Shown here: positions 31,201-40,704 of the stretch, piece after piece
Numbering within the stretch: the first letter of the stretch is position 1
Layout: each line of letters begins with the position of its first letter
IMG/VR virus record: IMGVR_UViG_3300020576_003089
Location: 1-64,000 of that record
Direction: 5' to 3' (one strand)
Source of the DNA: a virus
Taxonomy: Duplodnaviria > Caudoviricetes
DNA length: 64,000 bases
The notes under the pieces: generated by a model
What the model was told of the DNA's origin: nothing
What the model saw: the letters and a program-made list of their open reading frames with translations, nothing else
Database searches by the model: none
Made by a program: the position numbers and the translations under genes

Positions 31201-32793
31201 TTACCCTAAAAGCCATTTAATATCTTCAGCTTGACCATTTACATTCATTACATAAGGATTTGTTGTGTTTTGTAATCCTATATTATTAAAAGTTGGATAT
31301 AAATCAGTATAAACGTCTTGAGTTATTCCTGATATTGCGGCTCTTGTTAATTTTTGATGTTGTACATTAAACTTTAATGCTGTATCTCTTATGAATAATC
31401 CTATTCCTAAAGATATTACTAAATCATCATTATAACCTGATTGAGCTTGTGCTTTACCATTATGCCAAATAAATACTCTTAGTTCTTCTAATAAACGTTT
31501 AGAATGAAATATAAAACTCTTTTCACGAATATACGACTCCATTTTTGAGATAACAAGAGGTCTTGTTTTTGTAGAATTTGTAAAACCTGGTATTGTTTGA
31601 TCACTTTCCATTTTATCTATGTATTTATCCATTGTCATTTCCCCATATGATCTTGGTGAAAAATACATATTTGTATATCCTCTTTCAAGAACTGTTTGAA
31701 CAACATCCCAACCAATATTTGAATTCTCTATTACTAATAAGGCATTGTTGTATTCAGTTGCTACTGAAACTAACATATGACCATATTCTCTAGTTCCTAT
31801 TTGTGATTTATATTCAGCAACTTGCTCACAGGCTTCTACATCTATAACATGAAATGCTGAATAATCACCTCCATCTCCACGTGAAACGTCAGCTACAACT
31901 ATATAATTTTTACTAAAATCAACATATTCCCAAATCCAAAAATCATTACCCATAAATCTACGTTCTATTGGTTCACGGATATAATTTTCTTCATAAAATG
32001 CTAATAAACCTGATTCAACAACAGTATTACCAGAACCTAAAAAGTCACAATCATATTCTTGTGCAAATTCACGTATACTCATGTTGTTTTTTTCTTCTTG
32101 ATACCATTTTTCATCTCTATCAGGATGTAAATTCCATTTTAATTCAATTTTATGAAAATCATTGGGTTTAGGTAAATCATTATACATCCTATGAAACCAA
32201 TTACCAATTCCATTTGGTGAAGATAATGCTATAATAGATCCTCCGGTTGCAATTGTTGGTTTAATTGAAGTATAAATTTTATCAATACCTTCAATAAACG
32301 CTGCCTCATCAATAATTAACAATGATACAGCGTAAGAACGACCTGTATCACTAGATGCTGATGTTGCTATAATTTGAGAACCATTTGCTAATTGTAAAGA
32401 TAATTTATTATTTGATAAAGGTTTTTTATTACCTTTTAACCAACTTGGTAAATTTTGGAACATAAATTGTACCTTATCAACCATTCCTTTAGCTGTTTCT
32501 TGTTTAGTAGCTATACATAACACGGTTTTATCTTTTTGAAATAACATAGTATGTAAAGCATAACCAGCTGCTAAAGTGGATATACCTAACTGTCTAGATT
32601 TATTAATTATATTATATCTATTAGTTTTAAAATCATGTAATACATTTTCCTGAAATGGATATAAATTAAATAACATACGCCCTTTTTTAGGGTGTGATAT
32701 ATAACAATATTTTTTCATAAAATGTATAGGATCTAAAGCACATTTAATATATTCTTGCTTTATTACTTCCTTTATTTGATCATTATTAGTCAT
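31201..32793 (-). CDS. terL: Terminase large subunit (T4 gp17-like)
   Basis: KSRQLGIST Walker A, LLIIDEAAF Walker B, SSPNG, FAQEYDC, ADVSRGDGGDYSAF, NDDLV; probable start MTNND at 32793. Confidence 0.95.
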   Translation of the reverse strand: MTNNDQIKEVIKQEYIKCALDPIHFMKKYCYISHPKKGRMLFNLYPFQENVLHDFKTNRYNIINKSRQLGISTLAAGYALHTMLFQKDKTVLCIATKQETAKGMVDKVQFMFQNLPSWLKGNKKPLSNNKLSLQLANGSQIIATSASSDTGRSYAVSLLIIDEAAFIEGIDKIYTSIKPTIATGGSIIALSSPNGIGNWFHRMYNDLPKPNDFHKIELKWNLHPDRDEKWYQEEKNNMSIREFAQEYDCDFLGSGNTVVESGLLAFYEENYIREPIERRFMGNDFWIWEYVDFSKNYIVVADVSRGDGGDYSAFHVIDVEACEQVAEYKSQIGTREYGHMLVSVATEYNNALLVIENSNIGWDVVQTVLERGYTNMYFSPRSYGEMTMDKYIDKMESDQTIPGFTNSTKTRPLVISKMESYIREKSFIFHSKRLLEELRVFIWHNGKAQAQSGYNDDLVISLGIGLFIRDTALKFNVQHQKLTRAAISGITQDVYTDLYPTFNNIGLQNTTNPYVMNVNGQAEDIKWLLG

Positions 32794-32821
32794 ATATATA
32801 AATATATACAAGAAATTTTAA

Positions 32822-32852
32822 GCAGAAAGAAACCCATACTTTCGTATGGGTT
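32822..32852 (-). terminator. Rho-independent terminator upstream of terminase
   Basis: AACCCATAC-GAAA-GTATGGGTT then TCTTTCT. Confidence 0.8.
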
Positions 32853-32873
32853 AAGTAATTTTAATTAATTATT

Positions 32874-33230
32874 TTATAAGTTAGTTCCAGTTGGTTCATA
32901 ATAATAAAGATCTTTTCCATTTATATTTATTTTACTCCAATCAGCTAAATCAGCATCTTGAATATCTTGTTCTGTAGGTTCATGATCTATTAAACAAATT
33001 GAATCTACTGCTTCACCTATCCAAACTTGACCATTTTCACCTTGAAATACTTCTTCATATCTCATATCCTCAGGATATTCATCTTCACCTATTATTTCAT
33101 TTACAATTTTTTTTCTATTCAGTTTTATGAAATTTAATAAATCTCTAGGATCATTAATAGTTATTTCGTTTAATGGACGAATACCTGCTAATTGCTGCAT
33201 TCTATGTATTTCGTTTATTTGTTTTTTCAT
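32874..33230 (-). CDS. RMQQLAGI-leader hypothetical protein
   Basis: MKKQINEIHRMQQLAGIRPLNEITINDP. Confidence 0.7.
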   Translation of the reverse strand: MKKQINEIHRMQQLAGIRPLNEITINDPRDLLNFIKLNRKKIVNEIIGEDEYPEDMRYEEVFQGENGQVWIGEAVDSICLIDHEPTEQDIQDADLADWSKININGKDLYYYEPTGTNL

Positions 33231-33232
33231 TT

Positions 33233-33601
33233 TTATTGTTTTATAATTAAAAATACAGCTAATACACCTAATAATGCTGAAGTTGATGTACCTAATATAC
33301 GTCCTTTAATTTTAAGTAGTTTTTGTTTATTAATTAATTTTTTGTTTATTTTTTCTAAATTATTAATTTCTTGCTTATAATTTATTTCTTTAGATTCATA
33401 TAAATCAATTATTTGATCTTTAACAATAACTTTATTATTAGTTAATATTAAAGCATTATTTAAATATTTAACTTCATTAATTAATGAATCTTTTTGAATT
33501 AATTCAACTATAACTTTTTTAGCTATTGAATCTGGTAAATATGTTTGTGCTTTTGAATTTAAAAACATTAACATAGTTAGTAATGTTAATATATATTTCA
33601 T
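33233..33601 (-). CDS. Secreted/membrane coiled-coil protein (spanin-like candidate)
   Basis: Signal peptide ending SKA-Q, coiled coil, C-terminal hydrophobic segment. Confidence 0.4.
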   Translation of the reverse strand: MKYILTLLTMLMFLNSKAQTYLPDSIAKKVIVELIQKDSLINEVKYLNNALILTNNKVIVKDQIIDLYESKEINYKQEINNLEKINKKLINKQKLLKIKGRILGTSTSALLGVLAVFLIIKQ

Positions 33602-34020
33602 ATTGATTTATTTACTGATGATTGAATATGTCCATTTGATAACTTTTCACATTTAATTTGAATTATTAATACTTGATCTTTTACAGATGACAACCTATCA
33701 ACTATATTATTATAAGATAAAACCATATCCATATATATAATAAAATCATGATCCATATATTCATCATTTTCATTTTTCTTAGGCACATATCCTGATAAAT
33801 ATAATGGATTTTTTAATAAACCTTCTATTTGTTTTGTTAAATTTCTATCAAATAAAATTATAGTTATATTACCTACATAATTAGTTCTCATATTTTGAGA
33901 ATATTGAGCTAAAAACCCATTAATTATTCCTAATATATTATAATTATTTAACCACCATTTAACATTTTTTTCTATAGGTTCGTTTAATGATTCTTTAATT
34001 AAATTTAATAACTTTATCAT
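33598..34020 (-). CDS. Leader-tagged hypothetical protein (MIKLLNLIKESLNEP)
   Basis: Leader variant; 4-nt overlaps on both sides. Confidence 0.65.
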   Translation of the reverse strand: MIKLLNLIKESLNEPIEKNVKWWLNNYNILGIINGFLAQYSQNMRTNYVGNITIILFDRNLTKQIEGLLKNPLYLSGYVPKKNENDEYMDHDFIIYMDMVLSYNNIVDRLSSVKDQVLIIQIKCEKLSNGHIQSSVNKSI

Positions 34021-34334
34021 TGGTAGCGTTGTTTAAAAAATGAATCAATTTGATATGGTAAATATGTTGGTACTTCCTTTATTCTATCTTTATACACAAC
34101 CCTATCTTTATAAATTATAACTGAAGCTATATCTAATCTGCGATCTAATTCGTCTATTTCAAGTCTATGATATTGAACCATAGAATCTAACATTTTATTT
34201 TGATTTCTAAGAATAACGTTTTCAGTAGTTAGCTGTTGAACTTTTTTAGTTAAATCTTGTCTAGGCCAAAATATAAGTAATATTATTCCTAATATTGCTA
34301 AACCTAATAATATGTAAGGAAGTTTTTGTTTCAT
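34017..34334 (-). CDS. Inner-membrane-anchored coiled-coil protein (i-spanin-like candidate)
   Basis: N-terminal TM helix LPYILLGLAILGIILLIFW followed by coiled coil. Confidence 0.45.
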   Translation of the reverse strand: MKQKLPYILLGLAILGIILLIFWPRQDLTKKVQQLTTENVILRNQNKMLDSMVQYHRLEIDELDRRLDIASVIIYKDRVVYKDRIKEVPTYLPYQIDSFFKQRYQ

Positions 34335-34338
34335 TTAT

Positions 34339-34971
34339 TTAAATTATACTCCAAGTACCTGGTTCTGTTAAATTTTCTCTTAATTTATCTATTACTTCTT
34401 GTTTTTTTAACGCTGGAATAACATTTCCTGATTTATTTAATTTAAAAATATTTAAAAATTCATTACCATCTTCATGTGATAAAGTTGGGTAAGCATATAA
34501 AGTATATCCATCGTTTTCTATTTTTATACATCCCATATCATGGGTTTTACTATAATCAACCAGATAATTAGCTAATTGAGGTCCATTATCAATATCATTA
34601 GTATCACCATTATTAATATTATAATATCCTGGTTTTATTTCCTTATATAAATCAACATCCCAACCATTATCATCAAATTCTTCTATTTTTACTTCTAAAC
34701 TATTAAAACTATTTATATTAAAATTATCATACCATTTATTAAATTTATTTAAATTAAATTTATCTAAATCAAACCCACTTATTATATCAGAAATATAATC
34801 ATAATATCCTGCTCCTCCTGATCCTACTCCTCCTAATAATCCTTCATCAAATGAAATTCCAATTTCACCTAATTTAGTACCAATATCTGATAAATCATTT
34901 GGATCATTTAAGTCTAATTCATTTAATTTAATTCCTGCAAGTTGTTGCATTCTGCGTATTTCGTTCATCAT
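34339..34971 (-). CDS. RMQQLAGI-leader hypothetical protein
   Basis: MMNEIRRMQQLAGIKLNELDLNDP. Confidence 0.7.
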   Translation of the reverse strand: MMNEIRRMQQLAGIKLNELDLNDPNDLSDIGTKLGEIGISFDEGLLGGVGSGGAGYYDYISDIISGFDLDKFNLNKFNKWYDNFNINSFNSLEVKIEEFDDNGWDVDLYKEIKPGYYNINNGDTNDIDNGPQLANYLVDYSKTHDMGCIKIENDGYTLYAYPTLSHEDGNEFLNIFKLNKSGNVIPALKKQEVIDKLRENLTEPGTWSII

Positions 34972-34972
34972 G

Positions 34973-36067
34973 TTATTTTATTATACCTGCTCTTAATTTA
35001 AATTTTCTTATTAATGATTCATCTAATGTATCTTCAATATCATCTTCATCAAATTCAAATTCATCTTCAAAACTAAATTTATCATTATCTGATGTATTAG
35101 ATTGTTTATAAGGTATATCACCTACTGCTTTAATTATTTTATTATATAAGTTTTTTAAATGTCCTGGTAGTTTATGTTCTAACATTTCAATAATTGCACG
35201 TTGTACATCTAATTCTTCTTGTTTAATTAAACTTGCATATTCATCTACTAAAACATCAACTTTTGAACCTGAATTCAAAACACGATTTCTTTCTTGAGAA
35301 TAATAATTATCACTTACATCATCTTCATTAATTGATTTTTTTACTTTAACACGAGACTGTAATTGACTATTAATTATTTTTTGAAGTAATCTATCATGTG
35401 TAAAGAAAAATTCTGCTGCTTTACTTCTAGCATTAGAAGGAGCTATATATTGGTGTTTTGGTAAATCTGGTTCTACTTCATCGGGTTCGTCAAATTCATC
35501 CTTATCTTTACCTTTTGAAACATTAAAATATTGAGACAATTCATTATCTGAATCTCTTTCATAATCGTTTTCATCTTCTAAGTCTTTCTTCTCATTATCA
35601 AATCTATTTCTAGGTTTTGTTAAGGCTTCACCTGAAATAGGTTCAATTATTCCATATGGTTCTAGTACATCTTTTACAACTGGATTAAACATTTGTTGTC
35701 TACCAAATTTAGGATCACCTTTCATTTCCCCATATGCTTTAGCTATATCTAATATTTGCCATTCTGGATTTTCACCTGCATAATCCAATATAAATTTAAC
35801 AGTTTTACTATTTTGTACTTTATCAGGAGCTGCTAATAATTTTGCTCTCCAATCGTCTGCTAATTTATATTTTGAAGGGATTCTAGCCATTTCATCTAAA
35901 TCTGCTTCTTTTAATTTGCGTCCTTGTGTTGTAGTTGCTGTTTTTATATTTGGATCGGTACGTAATGAATTTGAATCTGGTTCATTATTTACATATGTGG
36001 TTTTGCCCGTTTTATCGGTAACCATTGTTCCTTCTACTAATTTAGATAATATATCTAGTGTTCTCAT
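34973..36067 (-). CDS. Acidic hypothetical protein with C-terminal KFKLRAGIIK motif
   Basis: Several LxE junctions; C-terminus resembles scaffold end. Confidence 0.6.
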   Translation of the reverse strand: MRTLDILSKLVEGTMVTDKTGKTTYVNNEPDSNSLRTDPNIKTATTTQGRKLKEADLDEMARIPSKYKLADDWRAKLLAAPDKVQNSKTVKFILDYAGENPEWQILDIAKAYGEMKGDPKFGRQQMFNPVVKDVLEPYGIIEPISGEALTKPRNRFDNEKKDLEDENDYERDSDNELSQYFNVSKGKDKDEFDEPDEVEPDLPKHQYIAPSNARSKAAEFFFTHDRLLQKIINSQLQSRVKVKKSINEDDVSDNYYSQERNRVLNSGSKVDVLVDEYASLIKQEELDVQRAIIEMLEHKLPGHLKNLYNKIIKAVGDIPYKQSNTSDNDKFSFEDEFEFDEDDIEDTLDESLIRKFKLRAGIIK

Positions 36068-36069
36068 TC

Positions 36070-36606
36070 TTAATTTTTAAAATGTGCTAATAAATATTGC
36101 TCAATTTGAGAAATACGCTGTTCTATTGTTCCTTCTATTTTTAATAAATGTTTTGGTGGATATTCATCTAATATTAGATTAATTACATTATCAATTTTAT
36201 CACGATAATCTGAATTAGTTTCTCGAACACCATTATTTTCAATTTCTACACCTTTAGGTGAAACATATATAATTAAATCATAATCATTACGAAGTTCCAT
36301 TACTAAATTAGTATATAATTCTTTTTGTTTTTGAGACATTGTTTGTGAGCTTAATGTGAATGCACATACGTCAAAGCACGTTCTATCTGTTATGATATTT
36401 TTATTCATTAATTCCAAGCTGCGTTCAGCAGCAAATACCAATTGACCTTTTAAAGTCGAATCTGTATTTAATGCTATACCTTGATCTCGTAAATATTTAC
36501 TACGTTCTGTAGCGGTCTTATATTCTTTAAATTGCTCTAACTTAGCTAATTCATTTACAAGTGTTGTTTTTCCACATGATATGGTTCCTGTTAATCCTAT
36601 TTTCAT
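36070..36606 (-). CDS. P-loop nucleotide kinase/AAA (NadR-type or dNMP-kinase-like)
   Basis: MKIGLTGTISCGKTTL Walker A; ITDRTCFD; YDLIIYV. Confidence 0.8.
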   Translation of the reverse strand: MKIGLTGTISCGKTTLVNELAKLEQFKEYKTATERSKYLRDQGIALNTDSTLKGQLVFAAERSLELMNKNIITDRTCFDVCAFTLSSQTMSQKQKELYTNLVMELRNDYDLIIYVSPKGVEIENNGVRETNSDYRDKIDNVINLILDEYPPKHLLKIEGTIEQRISQIEQYLLAHFKN

Positions 36607-36740
36607 ATTAATCCTAAATTTTTATTACTCTTATTTTTACATGAACTTTTATATTGATGTTTTCTAGCTGAAAAGTTTATAGATTGACCAATATATACTT
36701 TATTACTTGGACTCGTTATTTTATAAATTCCTATGTTCAT
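36603..36740 (-). pseudogene. Truncated GIY-YIG homing endonuclease (45 aa)
   Basis: Translated by hand: MNIGIYKITSPSNKVYIGQSINFSARKHQY...LI-stop; full GIY...YIG motif, then a stop overlapping the kinase ATG. Confidence 0.8.
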
Positions 36741-36988
36741 ATTAATTTTAACATTCGTGCACGCTGATATGAAACCATCTTACCATTTTGGGGATTTAAA
36801 AACTGTCGTTTTGTTAATGGTATATTAGATTGTTCTTTAACAATAATTTCATCTTGATGTTTATATCCTTTTGGATATATCACTTCTACTTCATAAGGTC
36901 CTGATGTACTTTTTGCTGGATCATATTTCCAAACATCTATTGTTCCATCACTATTTGTGTATGAGAAATTTCCAGTTCTATTTATCAT
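36737..36988 (-). CDS. Hypothetical protein
   Basis: 83-aa ORF, coupled to neighbours. Confidence 0.55.
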   Translation of the reverse strand: MINRTGNFSYTNSDGTIDVWKYDPAKSTSGPYEVEVIYPKGYKHQDEIIVKEQSNIPLTKRQFLNPQNGKMVSYQRARMLKLI

Positions 36989-37175
36989 TTACTTCACTTT
37001 TTTTCTGTAACCATTCTTCTTTTGACATTTTAATACCAAATAAATAATATTCAGCTTTTGTCTTATCACCTTCAGGTATATAAGCAGGAAATGTCCAACT
37101 ATGTAATTTATTAATACCGTTTATTTTAATGAAATGACATACCGTTTTATTAGATGTTTTAACTTTATTATCCAT
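36978..37175 (-). CDS. Hypothetical protein
   Basis: 65-aa ORF downstream of an AGTCAAAATTCTT box. Confidence 0.55.
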   Translation of the reverse strand: MDNKVKTSNKTVCHFIKINGINKLHSWTFPAYIPEGDKTKAEYYLFGIKMSKEEWLQKKSEVNDK

Positions 37176-37224
37176 CTTTATAAGTTTTTATAAAATTACA
37201 TTAAGAATTTTGACTTTACACAAA

Positions 37225-39192
37225 TTAGTTTAATATATCTTTAAAATTAGATAATGAATATTTTATTTCGTTTATTTTATTTCTATTAATAAAACTGAAT
37301 TCTACTTTACTTGGGTTTAATATTCTACTATCTTCTTCAACATTAGAAGGATAACCTGATATAATATTGTCACCACCATTTATTTTAGTTTCTTCTCCAT
37401 TAATATATTTAAAAATATTTCCATTATCATCAGATAAAACCCATTTATAATACCCACCATCATCACCAGATAATGCTAAAGGAATTAATACAAAATCACC
37501 TTCAGGTAATGTGATTAAAAAGGGCATAGCATATTTAATAAAAATATAAGATGCATCATTTTTATCACCATATTTTTTAATAAATGATATTATTATTTTT
37601 CTTTCTTGAGATGGTAAATCTTTCCATAATTGATATGTAATAGGAACTGGAGTTATTTTTGCCTCAGGCATGTTAGTAACTTTCTCTAGTTCTTTTTCAG
37701 ATAAATTTTTAACTAAATTATAATCCCAGTTAGAATACAATTTATAAATTATGTTATATAATACTTTAGTTTTTTCATCTTCTATATACTTAGAAGCATA
37801 TTTTGGAATATATGAAAATGTTTTTACCATATTATTCACATATTTTGCGGCTGCATCTTCTCCAAAATATTTTAAAGCATATTCAAATGTGATATCTTTT
37901 TTCTCAAATAATTCAAAATATTTCAATTTATAAAATTCATCTAAAAATTGAATAAATGGTAAAGGTAATAAATCATTTACTTCCTTAATATCATTGTTTT
38001 TCTCATAAGAAACTAAATTTATTTTAAATTTACGATCAGCATATCTTTTAGCTAAACTTTTTATTACTTCTCCATCAGAATTTTTTAAATCATCCATACT
38101 AGGTTTAAATCCTGAATTAATAGCTAATTGTTTTTGTTCTTTAGTACAAATTTTAAACATACCATTATCAAAAAATCCTACATCACTAGCTCTTTTTTGA
38201 ATATACGCATTTTTTACTTCATTTGAAGCTTTAGCAAACGAATTTAAATTAAATCTACCATTAGAAGCAATATTTTCAATTTCTTCTGATTCAGGTGGTG
38301 CTATATATACAAATAAATTTTTTAAATCCTTAAGTTTATTCCATGCTTTTATACCACTTTCTTTACCATATTTAATCATATGTTTTCCAACTTCATCCCA
38401 TGAAATTCCTTGTTTATTTCCATCATTTTCATGACCTGTTCCATATTCATTAACAGCATCAGTAACACCAAATTTACCATTTTCAAACACGTGTATTACA
38501 AAGAAGTGATACCAATTTTTAAATTGAGGTTTTTTAGCTTCAGGATCATTCCATGTTTCAGCAGATTGTTCTGAATCAGCAACATAATAAAAAGTTCTGT
38601 ATAAAGCACCTTGACCTGATTCACCACCAAATCTATATCTAAAATATCTATTTATTCCTGGGTTTTTATCACCTATACAAAAATTATAATATTTATTTTC
38701 TCCATTTGTCCCTTTATATTTGTAAGCATAATTTAATCTAATACATGCTTCTTTATTAGAACCTTCATAAACATATAATCCATTTCCACTATAAATTTTA
38801 CTTACACCCGTAATATTTAATAAATGGGCATCCTGAACTGTATAAAAATCTTTAGATGATTTTTCTGCTTTTGTACCATATGAATCAAATAATATCTCCA
38901 TATCCTTCCAAGTATATTTCATTATATCTTGAGGATTTTCTTGTCTTAATGGTTTTTCACCCATTCTTAGTTTCTTATCAGGGTCAGGAGGCATAAATTT
39001 AGGTGATAATGTTAAAGTTTTTGCTTGAATTCTTTTAACAATATTACTTTTAATTCTATCAAAATTATCTATAGCAGCACGCATTACTTCTTCAGTAACG
39101 GTACCTTTAGTTTCTTTAGTCCATTCTGCTATTTTAAGTTTGATTACTTTATCTGAAAATTCTTTTAAATTCAGTAATTCTAATAATTTCAT
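37225..39192 (-). CDS. Large leader-tagged hypothetical protein (MKLLELLNLKE)
   Basis: 655 aa; first 24 nt identical to those of 39202-39600. Confidence 0.65.
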   Translation of the reverse strand: MKLLELLNLKEFSDKVIKLKIAEWTKETKGTVTEEVMRAAIDNFDRIKSNIVKRIQAKTLTLSPKFMPPDPDKKLRMGEKPLRQENPQDIMKYTWKDMEILFDSYGTKAEKSSKDFYTVQDAHLLNITGVSKIYSGNGLYVYEGSNKEACIRLNYAYKYKGTNGENKYYNFCIGDKNPGINRYFRYRFGGESGQGALYRTFYYVADSEQSAETWNDPEAKKPQFKNWYHFFVIHVFENGKFGVTDAVNEYGTGHENDGNKQGISWDEVGKHMIKYGKESGIKAWNKLKDLKNLFVYIAPPESEEIENIASNGRFNLNSFAKASNEVKNAYIQKRASDVGFFDNGMFKICTKEQKQLAINSGFKPSMDDLKNSDGEVIKSLAKRYADRKFKINLVSYEKNNDIKEVNDLLPLPFIQFLDEFYKLKYFELFEKKDITFEYALKYFGEDAAAKYVNNMVKTFSYIPKYASKYIEDEKTKVLYNIIYKLYSNWDYNLVKNLSEKELEKVTNMPEAKITPVPITYQLWKDLPSQERKIIISFIKKYGDKNDASYIFIKYAMPFLITLPEGDFVLIPLALSGDDGGYYKWVLSDDNGNIFKYINGEETKINGGDNIISGYPSNVEEDSRILNPSKVEFSFINRNKINEIKYSLSNFKDILN

Positions 39193-39606
39193 TTATTTTA
39201 TTTATTTATAATTGTTTTTAAAATATAAAGTAATATAAGGAGTATTTAATTTATATTTAAATCTAAATTTATCAGCTGCTTTTTTAAATATTTCTATTAA
39301 ATCATCCTCATAATCCTTATATATCCAATGAATAAAGTGAATCCCACTAATTTTTATTCTTCTCATAGAATTACCATTTTTTAATTTATATATATCATTA
39401 TAATAATCTATTTTACCATAAGTGTTTTGATGACCATTTAAACTTTGAATAAATTTATTTAATTGTTGAGGTGGAATAGGAAATTCTTTTAATATTTCAT
39501 TTGTACAATAAATTAAAAATAATTTTAATTTATCTTTATCATAAATATCAGAATTAGGATTAATTACTTCTAACTCATTCAGTAATTCTAATAATTTCAT
39601 TTATTT
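39169..39606. repeat. 30-bp exact direct repeat (39169-39198 and 39577-39606) covering two gene starts
   Basis: Minus strand AAATAA-ATGAAATTATTAGAATTACTGAAT at both positions. Confidence 0.85.
39202..39600 (-). CDS. Leader-tagged hypothetical protein (MKLLELLNELEVINP)
   Basis: Shared leader. Confidence 0.7.
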   Translation of the reverse strand: MKLLELLNELEVINPNSDIYDKDKLKLFLIYCTNEILKEFPIPPQQLNKFIQSLNGHQNTYGKIDYYNDIYKLKNGNSMRRIKISGIHFIHWIYKDYEDDLIEIFKKAADKFRFKYKLNTPYITLYFKNNYK

Positions 39607-40699
39607 ATTTTTTACAAACGTTAACAATTGTTATGGCTTTTTCATCAAATATTATTCTAACTGAACCATTTGAATGGGTATTACCATCTATTCCTGATCT
39701 TAATAAAAATAAAGAAGCATCTTTAGGTGCATTAGTTGAACCTTGATTTTTAAAATAATTTTCAATTTTATTGTATACATCAAAACCACTTAATGATGTT
39801 GTAAATTGAAAATTGTGATTTTCTTGTTTTGCTCTATTATTTATTTTATTAATCTGATTTTGAGGTACTCTATTATCTAAATCTAAATATTCATATTCTG
39901 ATGGTTTTTTACCTTTATGTAATAATACAGTATAAACATATTTCATTGGTTCTGTTTGAATCTCCATCCCTTTAATGATATCAATAAATCTTTTATATTC
40001 TTTTATTAAAGGTATATCATCTGGGTCTTCATCTTCTTCTAATATTTCTATCATATCCTCAGCATATTCAATAAATTCATCTACTGTTTGTAATTTAGAT
40101 GGTAATCTTTCAAATACTATACAATCATATTCAAATGCTAATTCATGTGGGTTTTTACCTTGAAAAAGTATCATTTTTTTACCACTATTACTCCCAACTC
40201 CAGCATAACCATTGGCCATATTAACGTCTTTAGCAAAATACAAACCCCATCCATACATTTGCATACCTGCACCTAAACCTATAGCTGCTGTTCTATAACA
40301 TTTAAAATAATTAGAACCACCACCATAAAATGTTTCTTCCTCAGTTATAGGTTGTTTATTGTTATTTAATTTTTCTTGAATTTTAAATTTATCTTTCAAA
40401 ATTTGTCTTAATTCTATTTGTTTATTCTTAGGTAATGATTTTATTTGTTGTAATATATGAGATATTGGTTTTTGGTCGTTATTAGAAGTTATTAACCATA
40501 TATGGTTAGATCCATGTTGTTTAATGTAAAATGGATAAGGTCTTTTTTTTAATCCTCTAACTGATAAACTACTCCATCTATTATCATCTTTTAACCTTTG
40601 AATTATTTCATTGAATTGGTTATCATTATCTACTCGTATAGGTATTTTTATAGGAGGTTTATTAATTTCTAATTCTAATAAGTTTGTTAAATTAATCAT
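39605..40699 (-). CDS. Leader-tagged protein with ADP-ribosyltransferase-like (ART-PolyVal-type) C-terminal domain
   Basis: MINLTNLLELEINKP leader; FYGGG...AIGLGAGMQMYGWGLYFA...SLFLLRSGIDG matches the polyvalent-protein ART signature as I recall it. Confidence 0.6.
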   Translation of the reverse strand: MINLTNLLELEINKPPIKIPIRVDNDNQFNEIIQRLKDDNRWSSLSVRGLKKRPYPFYIKQHGSNHIWLITSNNDQKPISHILQQIKSLPKNKQIELRQILKDKFKIQEKLNNNKQPITEEETFYGGGSNYFKCYRTAAIGLGAGMQMYGWGLYFAKDVNMANGYAGVGSNSGKKMILFQGKNPHELAFEYDCIVFERLPSKLQTVDEFIEYAEDMIEILEEDEDPDDIPLIKEYKRFIDIIKGMEIQTEPMKYVYTVLLHKGKKPSEYEYLDLDNRVPQNQINKINNRAKQENHNFQFTTSLSGFDVYNKIENYFKNQGSTNAPKDASLFLLRSGIDGNTHSNGSVRIIFDEKAITIVNVCKK

Positions 40700-40704
40700 G
40701 TTTC

